From: Macrostomum lignano
Lineage: Eukaryota
Assembly (NCBI GenBank): GCA_002269645.1
Contig: NIVC01000593.1
Location: 429,454 to 493,453, forward strand
Direction: 5' to 3'
Length of the DNA: 64,000 nt
Shown: positions 38,124 through 51,303 of the stretch, one piece after another
Layout: every line of letters starts with the position of its first letter
Position numbering within the stretch: position 1 is the stretch's first letter
Notes under the pieces: model-generated
Database searches by the model: none
What the model was told of the DNA's origin: nothing
Seen by the model: the letters and a program-made list of their open reading frames with translations, nothing else
Made by a program: the position numbers and the translations under genes

Positions 38124-39797
38124 GGCTCATTATAACAGTTTTTTCGCGACCGAACAGCTGCGCCAACAGTGTAAATCTAAGGTGAAGAAAGCGTTTTAGG
38201 CAGAAGTACATGCTGCCAACACCTCCGAGGCTAAAGAAGTATAAATTTATGTCGCCCCAGCTGCAGTTACGGTGCAAAAAGACGCGAATGGAGAAAAGCA
38301 TAGACAGACAGACTGAAAAAAGATTGCAAATCGAAAGAAAAACAAAAGAAGATTTGGGGGGCAGCTGGCTTTCGTCTCTTCCCTATCTCTCTGCCGTTTT
38401 GCTGTAGCTACGGCTAAAATACTCCTATTTTAGTTGACATTTCTTTCGAATCGCTGCGATGTTCGACACCCGCGCCTAACGCGGTGGTTCTGCAGGGTCG
38501 CAGCCAGCCCAGAAAAGTGTCGCAATTTTTGCATGCAGCAAAGAAGGAAACACGGTTCTAGTTTCTTCGATCGGTGTGATCGATATATTCTTTTTATCGT
38601 ATAATGAATTTAAATGTAATCCGACTTCAGAATAAAATAAAGAAGGCAAATTATTTGTCAATAGAATAGAAAAGTTCTATTTCTATTAAAGATCGCGCGA
38701 TTTTACAGTTCATTCAAACAATAAACGTTCCGAGTTTAAGCAAAACAAAGAATATATTTTTGTTTAACTAAAAGTAAATAACAAAGCAAGTGTGTTTGTA
38801 CAAACAAAAGTACGTGGTAATTAAAGTTATATTCCAGCCTCAGTAAAATTCAAGTTTAAAAAGTTATTAATGACAAAAACTAGGATTAAAATTGCTATGG
38901 ATTCAGACTCGCTATATAAGGAAGAAAAATGATACATTTAGCGTAGCTATAGTATTGTAGTATGAATTTAAAACTAATTACAGAAGAATAAGGTGTACAA
39001 ACTGATCGCCTATAGTGTACACAAATGACAGTTTTTGTGAATAATATAAGGATTTAATTTTTATACAATTTTTTAGCTCATGCGACATTTGCTTTGTTTA
39101 TATATATGTTAATGTTGTTCTTCGTCTTGAGAACCAGCGCGCATGTGTGGGTAGGAGACAAATTTAATGAAAGACTGGAGGTAGGCACATGTAGTAATTG
39201 GTTGGTGAAAACTTGTAATAACTAAATAAATTAAATTATCAGCGCCTGACGCGCATGTATAAATCAAACGACATTTTCTTAATATGTATTAAAATGTTTA
39301 ATATAATAAAAACTCTGCAAGTTGTTTTATGAAACAGATCAACACCACGCATATACTTTGTTATAACAATTATAACGATTATGAGATTTCTGACAGAAAT
39401 TTTGGACTAAAGGGTAGTTAGATGCTGACTGCGCATTGAAAATAAAGTCATTAAGGATTGCAGGTTTTAGTGCAAAAATCTATTTCTTATTATTTTTCAT
39501 TAATACAAGAGGACTTGAGTATATCTGGTAATATTCTATATTTCGTAACTATACTTAGTCTGAATTATGCACTCATATTTCGCCGAATTACATTACTATT
39601 TGTTACTATTTGTTACTATTTGTTACAACTACATCAAAAAAGAGGTTTTAAATTTTAGAAATGATCAATTTGTAATCAGCCTTCAATATTGTTTTTTTCT
39701 GGTGATTTTAAAAACCTATTACCCTTTCAATCCTAAAACTGACTGAGCCAATCAAAATTTGAAGGCCGATTTCAGCTAAACTCGACTGTCGTCGCAC

Positions 39798-41635
39798 TCA
39801 CACCTGGCTGCACAGTCCGTCCACGTGCTGCGGCTGATTGTCGAGCTCAGGCGGCGGCGGCGGCAGCGAGCCGAATGAGCCGCCATGCTGGTGCAGGTCA
39901 CCGACGGCGCCAAGCTGGCGGGCCGCGGCGGCGGCGGCGGCCATCGAAGCGGCCGCCGAGGCGACTCCGCCGGCGGCCGGCGTCCGCTTGGACCGGGCCA
40001 GGCTGCCGTAGGGGCTCCGGTTGATGAGGATGTCCGGCACGCGCTCCCCGTCTTGACGGCTGCCAACGACGAGGGTGGCGCCGGTTGACCTGCCGAAGGT
40101 GCTCACCCCGCCGGTGCCAATGTAGCCGACCACCGCCGATGAGGCTGACGCGGCCATCATGGCTGGTCCGGCCGTTGCCGATGCCTCAATTCCGCCGCTC
40201 CGGTGGGTCGGCGGCGGCGGCAGCACGGGGGGAACGCGGCTGTACAAATCGGCGTGCGAAACGTACGGCGGCTCCTGGAAGAACTCGCCAGCCAGGCGGG
40301 CGTCGGCGTACATCTGGTACTCGTCGAAGCTGCACTGTCGGGCAGCCTTGGCTACCTGGGCATATTCGTCCGGCACGCCGCCGCAGTGCTGATGATGGTG
40401 ATGATGATGGTGCCCGCCGACTCCGCTGTCTGAGGAAGTGTTCTGACTCGAGCCTGGCGAGCTGGGCTGCTGTTGTTGCTGTTGCTGTTGCTGCTGCTGC
40501 TGCTGCTGCAGCTCCTGATGTTGCGGATCCTTGAAGGTTACGCGGCCGGGCCCGCGCCGCAGGCTGCCCGCCTGGCTGCCGGCAATCTGGGCCGAGTTCC
40601 GCCGGACCTGGTACTTTACCAAGCCGCTCTGCCTGTCGCGGTCCAGAGTGCCGCCGTGGCTGCTGCCGTTTCCGCCGCCTCCGTTGCCGACGCCGCTGTA
40701 GGAGCCTTCGCTGACGTTGTCGACCTGCTCTGAGATAGTCGGGATGAGGCCGGCCTGACAGTCGGCCAGCCGCTGCATGTACATGTACTGGTTGTTCCGG
40801 CTGACGGCCTCCGAGTCAGACAGCTGCGAGCCCGCGTGGGAGCCGCGCTTCGAACCGGCGCCCTGGCCGGTCACCTGCCGTATCGGATAAACACCTCCTC
40901 TGCCTCCGCCGCCGCCGCCGGAGTCGAGTCGAACCCGGAACCGCCAGCGCGAGCGCAGGCACAAGGCCAGCCAGACGGCCAACCAGACGGCGGCGTAGGC
41001 AACGGCGGAGACGGTGGCCAGCAGCAGCAGCGGGTGGCGGCTGGTTCGGTAGACGGAGATCCAGGCCCAGACTAGCGGCGCCTTGCAGAGCACAGCCGCT
41101 AGGGTTAGCAGGCCGCCTGACAGGTGCGGCGCGTGCGTCAGCCAGCAGGGTCCGGCGTCGGCGGTAGCAGCCGCGGCTGCGCAACTGCTGCAGGATCTGT
41201 CGCTGCCGCAGCAGCTGGAGCCGGACTCGGCAATCAGCAGGTGCCGATACCTGCGCAGGCTGGCTAGGACTTGGACGTAGCCGAACTCGAAGTAGGCAGT
41301 AGCCGATATCAACAGCAGCAGGTCGCCAGCCGTCAGGAGGCCCAGGACGGCGGCCGGCGCCAGGCCGACCTGGGCGGCGATTGCGGGCTCGACAACTGCG
41401 GCTTTGTAGAGGACCGAGGAGGCTTCGTAAGCCAGCAGGACGTGCAGGCTGGCGACGCAGAGGACCATGGACAGCAGGAAGGCAAAGAGCCGATTGGTGT
41501 ACCAGAACACGGTCGGATACCGAATGAGCAGGATGGAGAGCGCCAGAGCCAGGTTGAACGCCTCGCCAGAGACGGGGTTGCTAGACCGGACGGTTGGTCG
41601 AATGGCGAAGTCCAAGTCGGAGCTCCAGACCGCTT
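39798..41635 (-). CDS. tinc: Tincar-like multipass membrane protein, exon 2 (5 TM segments and a long low-complexity cytoplasmic tail ending LCSQV*)
   Basis: Acceptor cctcccgcag at 41636, phase 1, giving KLPA|EAVWSSDLDF (compare tincar LPKDAIWRTDLDF). ALALSILLIRYPTVFWYTNRLF resembles tincar ALLVYAVRYPAVFWHTNK as I recall the family. Confidence 0.82.
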
Positions 41636-43405
41636 CTGCGGGAGGTAAATCGCAGGTGATGTGGCTTTTAGATTACCGAGTGTGGTGGTATGGTGGACGC
41701 CGCAGAATTTAGGTAGACGTTTTTTATGTACGTCCTTACATGTATATACGAGCTACATTATTTACTCTAAATGCAATGTACTTCCAATATATTAAAAATG
41801 GTTTGTCGGTATCTATCTTTTATTCTATATCCTGCAATGTAAGCTCATTCTCTACCTTGAGATGTACGTTAATTGTCTGTCCAAGGACGACTTCAGTAGG
41901 AAACGGGTCTTTAAAAAATTCAGTTCTACTTAAGTCGTCTAATGAAACCGGTCACCTCTATCAAATCGATAGCCAAATTCCACCCAAAAGCTGACCATAT
42001 GGAAGTGAAAACGAGAGACATGTAGATTGCAAGCTGGACACCCAGCAGCAGCAGGTCCGCATCAATCAGTTGGGCAACAGAGAATGAATATTTAATGAGG
42101 CAATGTCGGGGCTGCGTGTGAAATCTCAGTAGGCCAGCACAGGCTTGGTCATTGCCGGATTACATCATCCATAATCGCCGGCTTAGGATGTGGGAGATTG
42201 AATGCTTTCAGACTGTTTGAAATCCTACTATAGCCCTAAAAACAACGAACAAAGACCTTAGCAAAAAGTCTTTATTAGAAACCAACACCATCACAGACGG
42301 ATCTATCTGGTGTCAAAGAGATTTATTAAGACGATGGATGATAGTCTCGTAGGCTCGAGGAACGAATGATTATAGCTACTGATTTTAATCGCACCTTGCG
42401 GGATTAGCAGGGTCTAATCGAGGCATTAGCCCCGAGGGGATTTCGGAACCGAATCTGGTAGGTGATAACGCTTCCTATGACTCGGCTCCCCCTCGGGAGG
42501 AACAAGTAGTCGACGCCAGCGCGGGGCTTCAAGCCCAGCATTGCAGACTCACCGATGGACTGCATGGAGTGGCCAACCGCGTCGCGGAGTTCCAGCCGGA
42601 TGCATTTTCCATACACATATACTGTATGTCCACTGCGCAGCAGGACGAAACCCGACAAAAAAGTGGCGGTATATGCGGGCTGGTATGGCCTGGACTGGAC
42701 TGACTGATTGATATAGCCGATTGCGCAATCAGAAACTGAAGACCGTCTGCGGGTCTCCCTGCCCCCCTTCTTACACCCCTCCCCTCACGCTGTCGGTGCG
42801 TGTGTGAGTGTGATATATTCAAGTCAGTTGATGTGACTCAGTGTCTCATCGAAATCCATTTGTGTACAACTCTGTGCGACCTGGGACACCTGGACCCCCA
42901 GGAGGAGGGATTCGATTCGATGTTTGCATTGTGATTGAGAACCGATTTTTGCCATTCTATTTGCTAACCAACTTTTCACGCTGCAGCGAGGAAACCCAAT
43001 TCAATTTTCTGAGTAGTGGGATTACAACCATTGTCCGGTGTTGACAAATGGATTAATTAGCTAATATGTAAGTATTGAGTCTTTCCCCGATCTGTAATCT
43101 GGATTTGTCAATAGCGGAACAACTGAGTGGGGCTTCCTAATACCAAACCAACTACGAGAGGGGGAGCGAAGTCATGGCGTTCCCACGATTTCCGAGACGT
43201 CTTTCTGCACCGTGTCAACTACGTCGACGCTTATCGTCGGTGAACATCGTCGGTGAACATCGTCGGTGAAGTTCTCGAGTTCTTTGAGGTTTGCAACGAA
43301 GCCAAAATGGAGTTGAAGTCATATCTAATGACAAATAAAATATCTATAGATCTGAGGTCTTTGTATCGGAAAAAAAAGTTTTTAGAAGACACATATTTGT
43401 TAATA

Positions 43406-43921
43406 CTAGCGGCCAGCGCGCGCATCCGTTGACCCGAAGAACCGCTTTTTCTGGTAAGATAAATAAGCTCGATTTTCCAGTTCAGCGATTACACAGAGGA
43501 TTTTCGACCCCTTTTTAACCCCGTCAGCAAGCAACCTGTGCGAGGTCAGCTATAATCCCCGAAGAATGATGAGGCGCTGACTCAGCTTCCCTCATTCAAG
43601 TCTTTGCTCTTTATCTCGCATCCACACCTTACCGAATTCAGATTATTAATTAGGCATTTTGGCACTCGGTCTTCTATGCATAGCAACATCATTGTCGTCA
43701 GTTGAGCATGCAGGTTTTGAATTCTCTTGTATCGTGACGAGCTCTCCACTGAAGCTACTACTACTGCCTGATAAGAGGCCATATAAAAAAGCCTCAACAA
43801 AGGATCAAGCGGTTAGCGTTATCAAATGTTTTGAGTCCTGTTTTTTTAGCTTGGCTCCGCTATCAGATGCGCCACAAACCCTCTCTCTGTCTCTGTGTCT
43901 CTGCTTCTTCTGATATGCAGA
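43406..43921 (-). mobile_element. Possible second non-autonomous Helitron-like element
   Basis: On the - strand it starts with TC and a (CAGAGA)n tract and ends with a GC-rich GCGCGCGC palindrome then CTAG|T. The 5' flank is T rather than the expected A. Confidence 0.35.
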
Positions 43922-45227
43922 AAAAATGCACACACAGTTGAGAAATGCAGAGTAGTAGAGACAGCCTGGAGTTGCCAAGGCTGGTTTTTGGGGGAGCTTT
44001 GAACCCAAAGCTTTAGGAACTGTTGTACGCACCGTGTGTGTCTATCGCTATTTATCTCTGCCTCTCTTACTGTCGGTTTAGTTATTGAGAATAGAAACTG
44101 AATAGAGAGAGAGAGGCCTGGTTTGGTGCTCTCATGAATTAAGTGGCAAACGCCATTACCGTATTTTTGGTGTGGCCCTGTGGTCTCTTACCACCTGCCT
44201 GCTTATTCACCCTATTATTTTCTCTGTTATACCTGTGTGCGAACTGGACCCTTCTGAGCTACCCCTATTCATACAGTCTGAATCGGTGCCTGTAAAAAAG
44301 CAATCGGGGCAAGTAATAGAAGCTTATATCCCATCTAAGACATATAGAAGACAGGCAGGCAGATACGCATGGACTCAAGGTGATCTATTGTTTACCCTGC
44401 AGCAACGAGGCGACTCTCCAACATGGGTGGGCCGCCATTGTTGTTTAAGCATGTTAGTTGGCAGCAGTCGCAGCATTACAATACAAAGTAAGTTTATATA
44501 TAAGTATATAAGAGAGAGAGAGACAGAGGAGAGGAGCGAACGGCCAGCTAAACCTGCTCCCGCCTGCAACAGCTCAACTATACCTGAGCTCTTTAATCGA
44601 GAACAGAGAGCGGTAAGACTAGGCGAAGGGCATAAAATGAATGCAATACTTGAGAAAAGGAACTGGAGTATTGTGGGGCATTTACTCTGTCGGGTACACA
44701 ATGTGTACAGTGCTGCCTCAGGCAGACCAGGGGGTCACTGCTGAGTGGGTGACGGGTGTAAAGAAGAACCTTATAGAATTTTTCGGCACAATAGGCTAGC
44801 TATAGTTTAGTATAGAGGGTAAAAAAATGACCCGAGTCTTCTGCATACAATGCGATGCATTCGAGCTAGCGCATTGCGCCAAGTCATACAGAGTATGCCA
44901 CGCGTAAGTACAACCGCCTTATAGTAGATGCTGGCTGGCTCGGGCGCGGCCCTGGACACAGGGGGCCGAATCAGGGACAAACATGATATGCGGCATAGTT
45001 AAGAGTTCGATAAACATTCATAAAACAGACAAAGAGCCCTTTGTCCTGTTTATAATTCATTTATTAGAAACAATCTGCAAGACTGAGACTGTGCCTCTTG
45101 ACTGCCCCCCTAAAGAGATGTCCGAGACCCCAAAAATTCTCCCCAAGAGTAGATCCCCCAATAATGCTCTATTGCTCCCGAGATATTCCTGCATTGACTG
45201 CCCCCAGATCAATTCCAATGAGCGTAG

Positions 45228-46047
45228 ATTGGTCCCGAGATCTCCATAGATTGTTCACAAGATCTCCCTAGATTCTTCCCCAAGATCTCCATAGATTGTT
45301 CCCAAGATCTCCCGAGATTGGTCCCAAGATATCCATAGATTGTTCCCAAGATCTCAATAGATTCTTCCCCAAGATCTCCCTAGATTGTTCCCAAGATTTC
45401 TCTCTAGATTGGTCCCAAGATCTCCCTAGATTGGTCCCAAGATCTCCCTAGATTCTTTTCCAAGGTCTCCATAGATTGTTCCCAAGATCTCCCTAGATTG
45501 TTCCCCAAGATGTCTATAGATTGTTCCCCAATATGTCCATAGATTGTTCCCGAATATTTCCATAGATTGTTCCCGAAGATGTCCCTAGATTCTTTCCCAA
45601 GATGTCCATAGATTGTTCCCAAGATCTCCCTAGATTCTTCCCCAAGATCTCCATAGATTGTTCCCAAGATCTCTCTCTAGATTGGTCCCAAGATCTCCCT
45701 AGATTGGTCCCAAGATCTCCCTAGATTCTTTTCCAAGGTCTCCATAGATTGTTCCCAAGATCTCCCTAGATTGTTCCCCAAGATCTCCCTAGATTGTTCC
45801 CCAAGATGTCCATAGATTGTTCCCCAATATGCCCATAGATTGTTCCCGAATATTTCCATAGATTGTTCCCGAAGATGTCCCTAGATTCTTCCCCAAGATA
45901 TCCATAGATTTTTCCCAAGGTCTCAATAGATTCTTCCCCAAGATCTCTCTAGATTGGTCCCAAGATCTCCCTAGATTGTTCCCAAGATCTCCCTAGATTG
46001 GTCCCAAGATCTCCCTAGATCGGTCCCAGGATCTCCCTAGATTGACC
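45228..46047. repeat. ~22-bp minisatellite (CCCAAGATCTCCCTAGATTGTT) with an internal ~273-bp duplication
   Basis: Direct inspection; near-identical ORFs at 45404 and 45677. Confidence 0.95.
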
Positions 46048-46654
46048 CCGTAGTTATTAAGAATTAGAAATTCCACAAATTTGGCTTTGCAAACACAAAA
46101 ATATCTCCGCTGGAAAATACGTTATGATAATTCACTCATTGGGAATTAGAAACTATTCGAAACTTCTATTAGTAAAGAGTTTCAAAACTTTGAATTCCAT
46201 AGGTTTTTTGTGCCGACTGCTCGGGTCTGGGATCCAGGGCCTTGCCGAGAGCTAGTCAATTCTGTACCCAAATCAGACTCATTAGATTTCTTCCAACCCT
46301 CGTGGCCTTCGCTTCCCCTGCCAATTTGTTTTTTCTTGGGTATTTTTTTCTTAACTACGTGCAGGCGACAGTGTTACAAGGGAGCAGCAGTGGTTTGTCG
46401 TCTGGGTCTGGCCTGTTTGAGAGGAGTTCACCTGTCCAATCCAGGCCAATTCTCTTGCACTGTGCGCACAGCAATCCCGCCCGTTGCAATCTGTCAAGTA
46501 CTGACTTGGTTAGGGTCATAAACTATAACTACTGATAACCATTTCTACTGTTCTTTTCATCCAGTCATCAACATTTACCTTTGCATTTTTTGTAAACAGA
46601 GGGAATTCGTGGGAACTTTTTATCTACTCGTACCCAAATGGTAGATTGCATTTA

Positions 46655-47844
46655 ACGCTTGTGGAGTTTGACAATGGTAGATTGTGTCTATGGTTGGGAG
46701 TTTGACGATGGTAGATTGTGTCTATGGTTGGAGAGTTTGACAATGGTAGATTGTGTCTGTGGTTGAGGAGTTTGACAATGGTAGATTGTGTCTATGGTTG
46801 GAGAGTTTGACAATGGTAGATTGTGTCTGTGGTTGAGGAGTTTGACAATGGTAGATTGTGTCTGTGGTTGGAGAGTTTGACAATGGTAGATTGTGTCTGT
46901 GGTTGAGGAGTTTGACAATGGTAGATTGTGTCTATGGTTGGAGAGTTTGACAATGGTAGATTGTGTCTATGGTTGGAGAGTTTGACAATGGTAGATTGTG
47001 TCTGTGGTTGAGGAGTTTGACAATGGTAGATTGTGTCTGTGGTTGGAGAGTTTGACAATGGTAGATTGTGTCTGTGGTTGGAGAGTTTGACAATGGTAGA
47101 TTGTGTCTATGGTTGGAGAGTTTGACAATGGTAGATTGTGTCTATGGTTGGGAGTTTGACAATGGTAGATTGTGTCTGTGGTTGGAGAGTTTGACGATGG
47201 TAGATTGTGTCTATGGTTGGGGGAGTTTGACAATGGTAGATTGTGTCTGTGGTTGAGGAGTTTGACAATGGTAGATTGTGTCTATAGTTGGGAGTTTGAC
47301 AATGGTAGATTGTGTCTATGGTTGGAGAGTTTGACAATGGTAGATTGTGTCTATGGTTGGGGGAGTTTGACAATGGTAGATTGTGTCTGTGGTTGGAGAG
47401 TTTGACAATGGTAGATTGTGTCTGTGGTTGGAGAGTTTGACAATGGTAGATTGTGTCTATGGTTGGGAGTTTGACGATGGTAGATTGTGTCTATGGTTGG
47501 AGAGTTTGACAATGGTGGATTGTGTCTATGGTTGGAGAGTTTGACAATGGTAGATTGTGTCTATGGTTGGAGAGTTTGACAATGGTAGATTGTGTCTATG
47601 GTTGGAGAGTTTGACAATGGTAGATTGTGTCTGTGGTTGGAGAGTTTGACAATGGTAGATTGTGTCTATGGTTGGAGAGTTTGACAATGGTAGATTGTGT
47701 CTATGGTTGGAGAGTTTGACAATGGTAGATTGTGTCTGTGGTTGGAGAGTTTGACAATGGTAGATTGTGTCTGTGGTTGGAGAGTTTGACAATGGTAGAT
47801 TGTGTCTGTGGTTGGAGAGTTTGACAATGGTAGATTGTGTCTAT
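46655..47844. repeat. Second array of the ~35-bp satellite seen at 34.7-38.1 kb, same orientation, inside the tincar intron
   Basis: Same unit consensus. Confidence 0.98.
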
Positions 47845-48165
47845 GAAAAAAACGACAGGCACAAGCATTAAACACAGTAATAAAATAAACGTATACAAAC
47901 ATAATAATAATTTAAAATGTAACCCGTAAAATATTTAGTCATTGATTAACAATAATGAAGTATCCTCAAGACAACGGTGAAAATATGAGCAAACCATGTC
48001 CGTTTGTTGAAGACTAAATGGTGAAATCTGGGAGCAAAGCAAACAGCTCAGGCTCAGTCACATCGTCATGTCAGTTCATACGGATTTTGGCCTAGACAGA
48101 CCTCACTCGATCCAACCCTTTCATCGTTTTCTTTGTTCGTTTTATCTTAGGGTTTACCGGTATAG

Positions 48166-48532
48166 CAGGGGTCTCCAAACGTTTTTACCTCAAGGGCCAG
48201 ATAGAGAATCTGGACTAGAGCATGACTGCGGGCCAGAGGAGGGGAGAGAGGAGAAGGAATGGAGAAGAGAGAAGGGAGGGAGGTAGGAGGAAGGAGAGAC
48301 GAAAGAATAAAGAAGAATAGAGGCGAGGAGTAATGAATAGGAGGGGAGGGAAGAGGAGAGAGGAGAGGAGAGTAGAGGAGAGAGGAGAGAAGACGGGAGA
48401 GAGAAGAGGAGAGAGGAGAGAGAAGAGAAGAGAGGAGAGAGAAGAGAAGAGAGGAGAGAGAAGAGAAGAGAGAAGAGAGAAGAGAGAAGAGAGAAGAGAG
48501 AAGAGAGAAGAGAGAAGAGAGAGAGAGAGGCT
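48166..48532 (+). mobile_element. hAT-like element 5' end (CAGGGGTCTCCAAAC...) with a GA-rich tract; same family as the 14454 element
   Basis: TTTTACCTCAAgGGCCAGATA(g/a)AGAATC is shared with 14454. Confidence 0.55.
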
Positions 48533-50348
48533 TTTAGAGAAAACGGAGTGTGCTGATCCGATAGTCCTTTTCAGTCCTAATCCCATCGGTCGTCAGTATT
48601 GGGTGAATGATAGACCTGTGTTTTGCCAGAGAGAACGCTCTGATCAGAAACCACTATTTTTCACGGGACGTCAAGCATCCAGAGCAGACTTCACTGTCAA
48701 ATTCCTAGTCCTGAGTTTCTAATTGTATCCAACCCAATTGCGTGAGAGCACAGCGAATATGATGGCCTCAAGCTGAGCTCTTGGCAACATGGCTAAATTC
48801 GAATTTCTCCAAATTTAATGTTCGCCTCGAAACATTGTTTCCCGGGTCTCTGCAGGTGAGTGGCGGGGGTTACGCAATCGTCATTATATTCTCAGAGCGA
48901 GAATTCTCTCCTTTGTTGTTGCAAGTTCTCCACTCTTGATGCTTGGTTGAATGGCTATTGGTAGCCGAAGGGGGTGTCCATAGCAACTAAACCACCTCTC
49001 GACAAAGAGGGTGACGAACCCTCTGACTAAATTGGTCTGCAGGCCTTCTCAGAGTGAGATTCTCAGCTCTCAATGGTCACCGAATATTTAGTGGCATAGC
49101 AGTAAAACTTAATGCCTTTTAGCTCAGCTAGATTGCAGCGAGATCTTTTTTTAACATGTCAGGAAATGAAGAATTTTTTAAAGGAGCCTCAGATGAAAGA
49201 AAACTGGAATTTTTGAACGACAGTCGGTCTTGTGTGCGCGCGTGTGTTTTAAGTCAACAACCAACTGGCAGGAGACAAGAGCTGAATTCCCATCGGGTCA
49301 TTAAATCCCACAAAGGGAGGCCTAGCTGCACCTCTTAACCTCCCACTGCGCGCGATGCTTCTTGAGGTCACTGGCTTCGCCGAGATTCGTCTCGATCCAC
49401 TGTTGAAGAGGATGGTGGCAGGCAGAGGGAAGTGGTGATCCCCTGCAGAAGACAAATCCCCATTACAAGCAAGCCACTAATTCCTGTCCCTGGGAAAATG
49501 TTTTTGGGAAAAAAACATTCTCCACCCTTCAAGTTCACCTCGCCCTGGTGACTTTTTTGTCTCCCACCTAAGTACTAGGATGACAAGATTTCCCAACCAT
49601 CAAGTCCCTCCCTCGGTTCTGTTTATTCCCGATCCCCTGTGCACACAGCTTCTGGTCTGCCTGCATCGTTGGGCTTAACTTCCTATTGTCTGATTATTTC
49701 CGCATATTAAGCCGCGGTGTAGATGCAGTTACCGTTAGTAGATTTTGTACACCTGCACTTCACCTGCACTTCGCTGCTAAGCTAGAAAACGAAAATTGAC
49801 CAAGCCCTTATTGAGCATGGAGAGTGAATAGAAGTTAGCAGAAATCGTATTGTAATCCCTCAAATTCAAAAGACGGACAAACGCTGGCATGCCTAGTCTG
49901 TTTGCAGTTCGTGCTTTCGGACTTAAGCAGAAACGTTTCAACATTTTTGCTGCGTATTGACCATGCGATTTCGATTGGAGCTTTAAAATTAATCCGTACA
50001 GCTAGAAGGGCGGCAGATTGGCACTGCCGCTAAACGAGGTTTCGGGGTCACTTGGGTCACTGTTTCCGGGGTCAAATCTTTTACCACGAGCTACACAGCA
50101 CTGCAACATTCACTTATAGGCTCGAGATGATTTTAGGAAACTTCCTCGCACTAAATGTTGAGAGCTGCAAAGCAAATGTTAACGATTTTGTCAATACGAC
50201 CTAATTGTCTTGCTTCTATTATAGTAGGACTGTAATAGTAGGACGCTGTTTGCCTTCCCTTTGAGCGTGAAGTTGAAATTTGATTGGCATGCAATTGTCA
50301 GAGAGCAACAGTGAATTTCTATAGCCTTGTCACCTAATTAGTACTCAC

Positions 50349-50844
50349 CGGCTGGCAGCTTGTCGTGCAGCAGGCAGGAGGCGTCCAGCACTGGCACAGA
50401 GAGCAGCAGGCAGCCGGACATTAGCAGGTGTAGCACGCAGGTGAACGGCAGGAAGTGACGCCTTAACCGGCTGGCAAACTCGGACAGGCTGGCCGGGGAT
50501 GAGGCGCCTGTCGTTGAGCCGGACGAGCCGGTCTCCTGGCCAACGGCTGCTATGGCCGACTTCAGGTGCCGATGGTCGCGGCCAAGCGACACGCCGTCCT
50601 CGGCGTAGTTGCCGGTGCGAGCGAAGGCGGCGTAGATGAACAGCAGCAGAAGGCAGGCCGAGGTGATGAGCGCGGCCAGGCAGAAGTTCATCGGGCCGGC
50701 CTCCCAGGACTCGCGAAGCGCTTGAACCCGGTGAACCGAATAGCGGACGGCGGCCGAGTACAGTAAGAATATTTGCAGCAGAACTACCAGCACTGCGTAC
50801 CAGATGCGCCACATTTTGTCCAGCTTTAAACGGCTGGGCGCCAT
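50349..50844 (-). CDS. tinc: Tincar-like protein, exon 1 (3 TM segments; GNYAEDGVSLG motif)
   Basis: ATG at 50844. LDKMWRIWYAVLVVLLQ and RTGNYAEDGVSLGRD resemble the tincar motifs LNSLWSVWYG and VGNLANDGxKLG. Donor G|GTGAGT at 50348, phase 1. The joined CDS is 2334 nt (777 aa). Confidence 0.85.
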
Positions 50845-51303
50845 CTTCTGGCTAATTTGTCCGGAGATGCTGCTGAGCTTGCAAGTTGCTATCTAGAGAT
50901 GATGTTTTTAGCAGGCGCTCACCTTAAGTGAGGGACTTCTTTAGAAGCCGGGTGTGGCCGAACGGGAGTACAGAATGAGGTGGCCCAACTCAACAATAGG
51001 GTACCGAGGGTTTGGTGGGCTTTTTTGGGCGGAGTTCGTCTCTTTTCCTATTCTTTATTGGAGTCCGTGGGCCACGAATTCAAGTCTTGTGGGTGAAATA
51101 GTTTAGTCATTGAAGCACTACCCCCAGGAACCAATAAGAGAAAAGGACCACCCAGATCCTAGCTAAGCCAATGAAGTATGAGAATAAATGGGCTTTACAG
51201 TGTATGTGCCCATGCAGGCTCATTCATGCTGTTCTACTTCAAGTAAAGATTTATGCACAGAAAGTTACTAGTTTTGTATGATTTCGTTAGACATATTTTC
51301 TAC

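Noticed and set aside
34861-38301. Many IYHCQTLQPQTQSTIVKL ORFs (also at 46688-47902)
   Set aside because: A 35-bp satellite cycling through frames, with frequent frameshifts
39776-41712. + strand and alternative-frame ORFs overlapping tincar exon 2 (similarly at 23244-23850 and 6046-6482)
   Set aside because: Shadow ORFs of GC-rich coding sequence; the recognised family motifs lie in the called frames
49568-49590. CTAAGTACTAG, matching the first 11 nt of miR-252
   Set aside because: The match stops at 11 nt and no complementary arm for a precursor hairpin is visible
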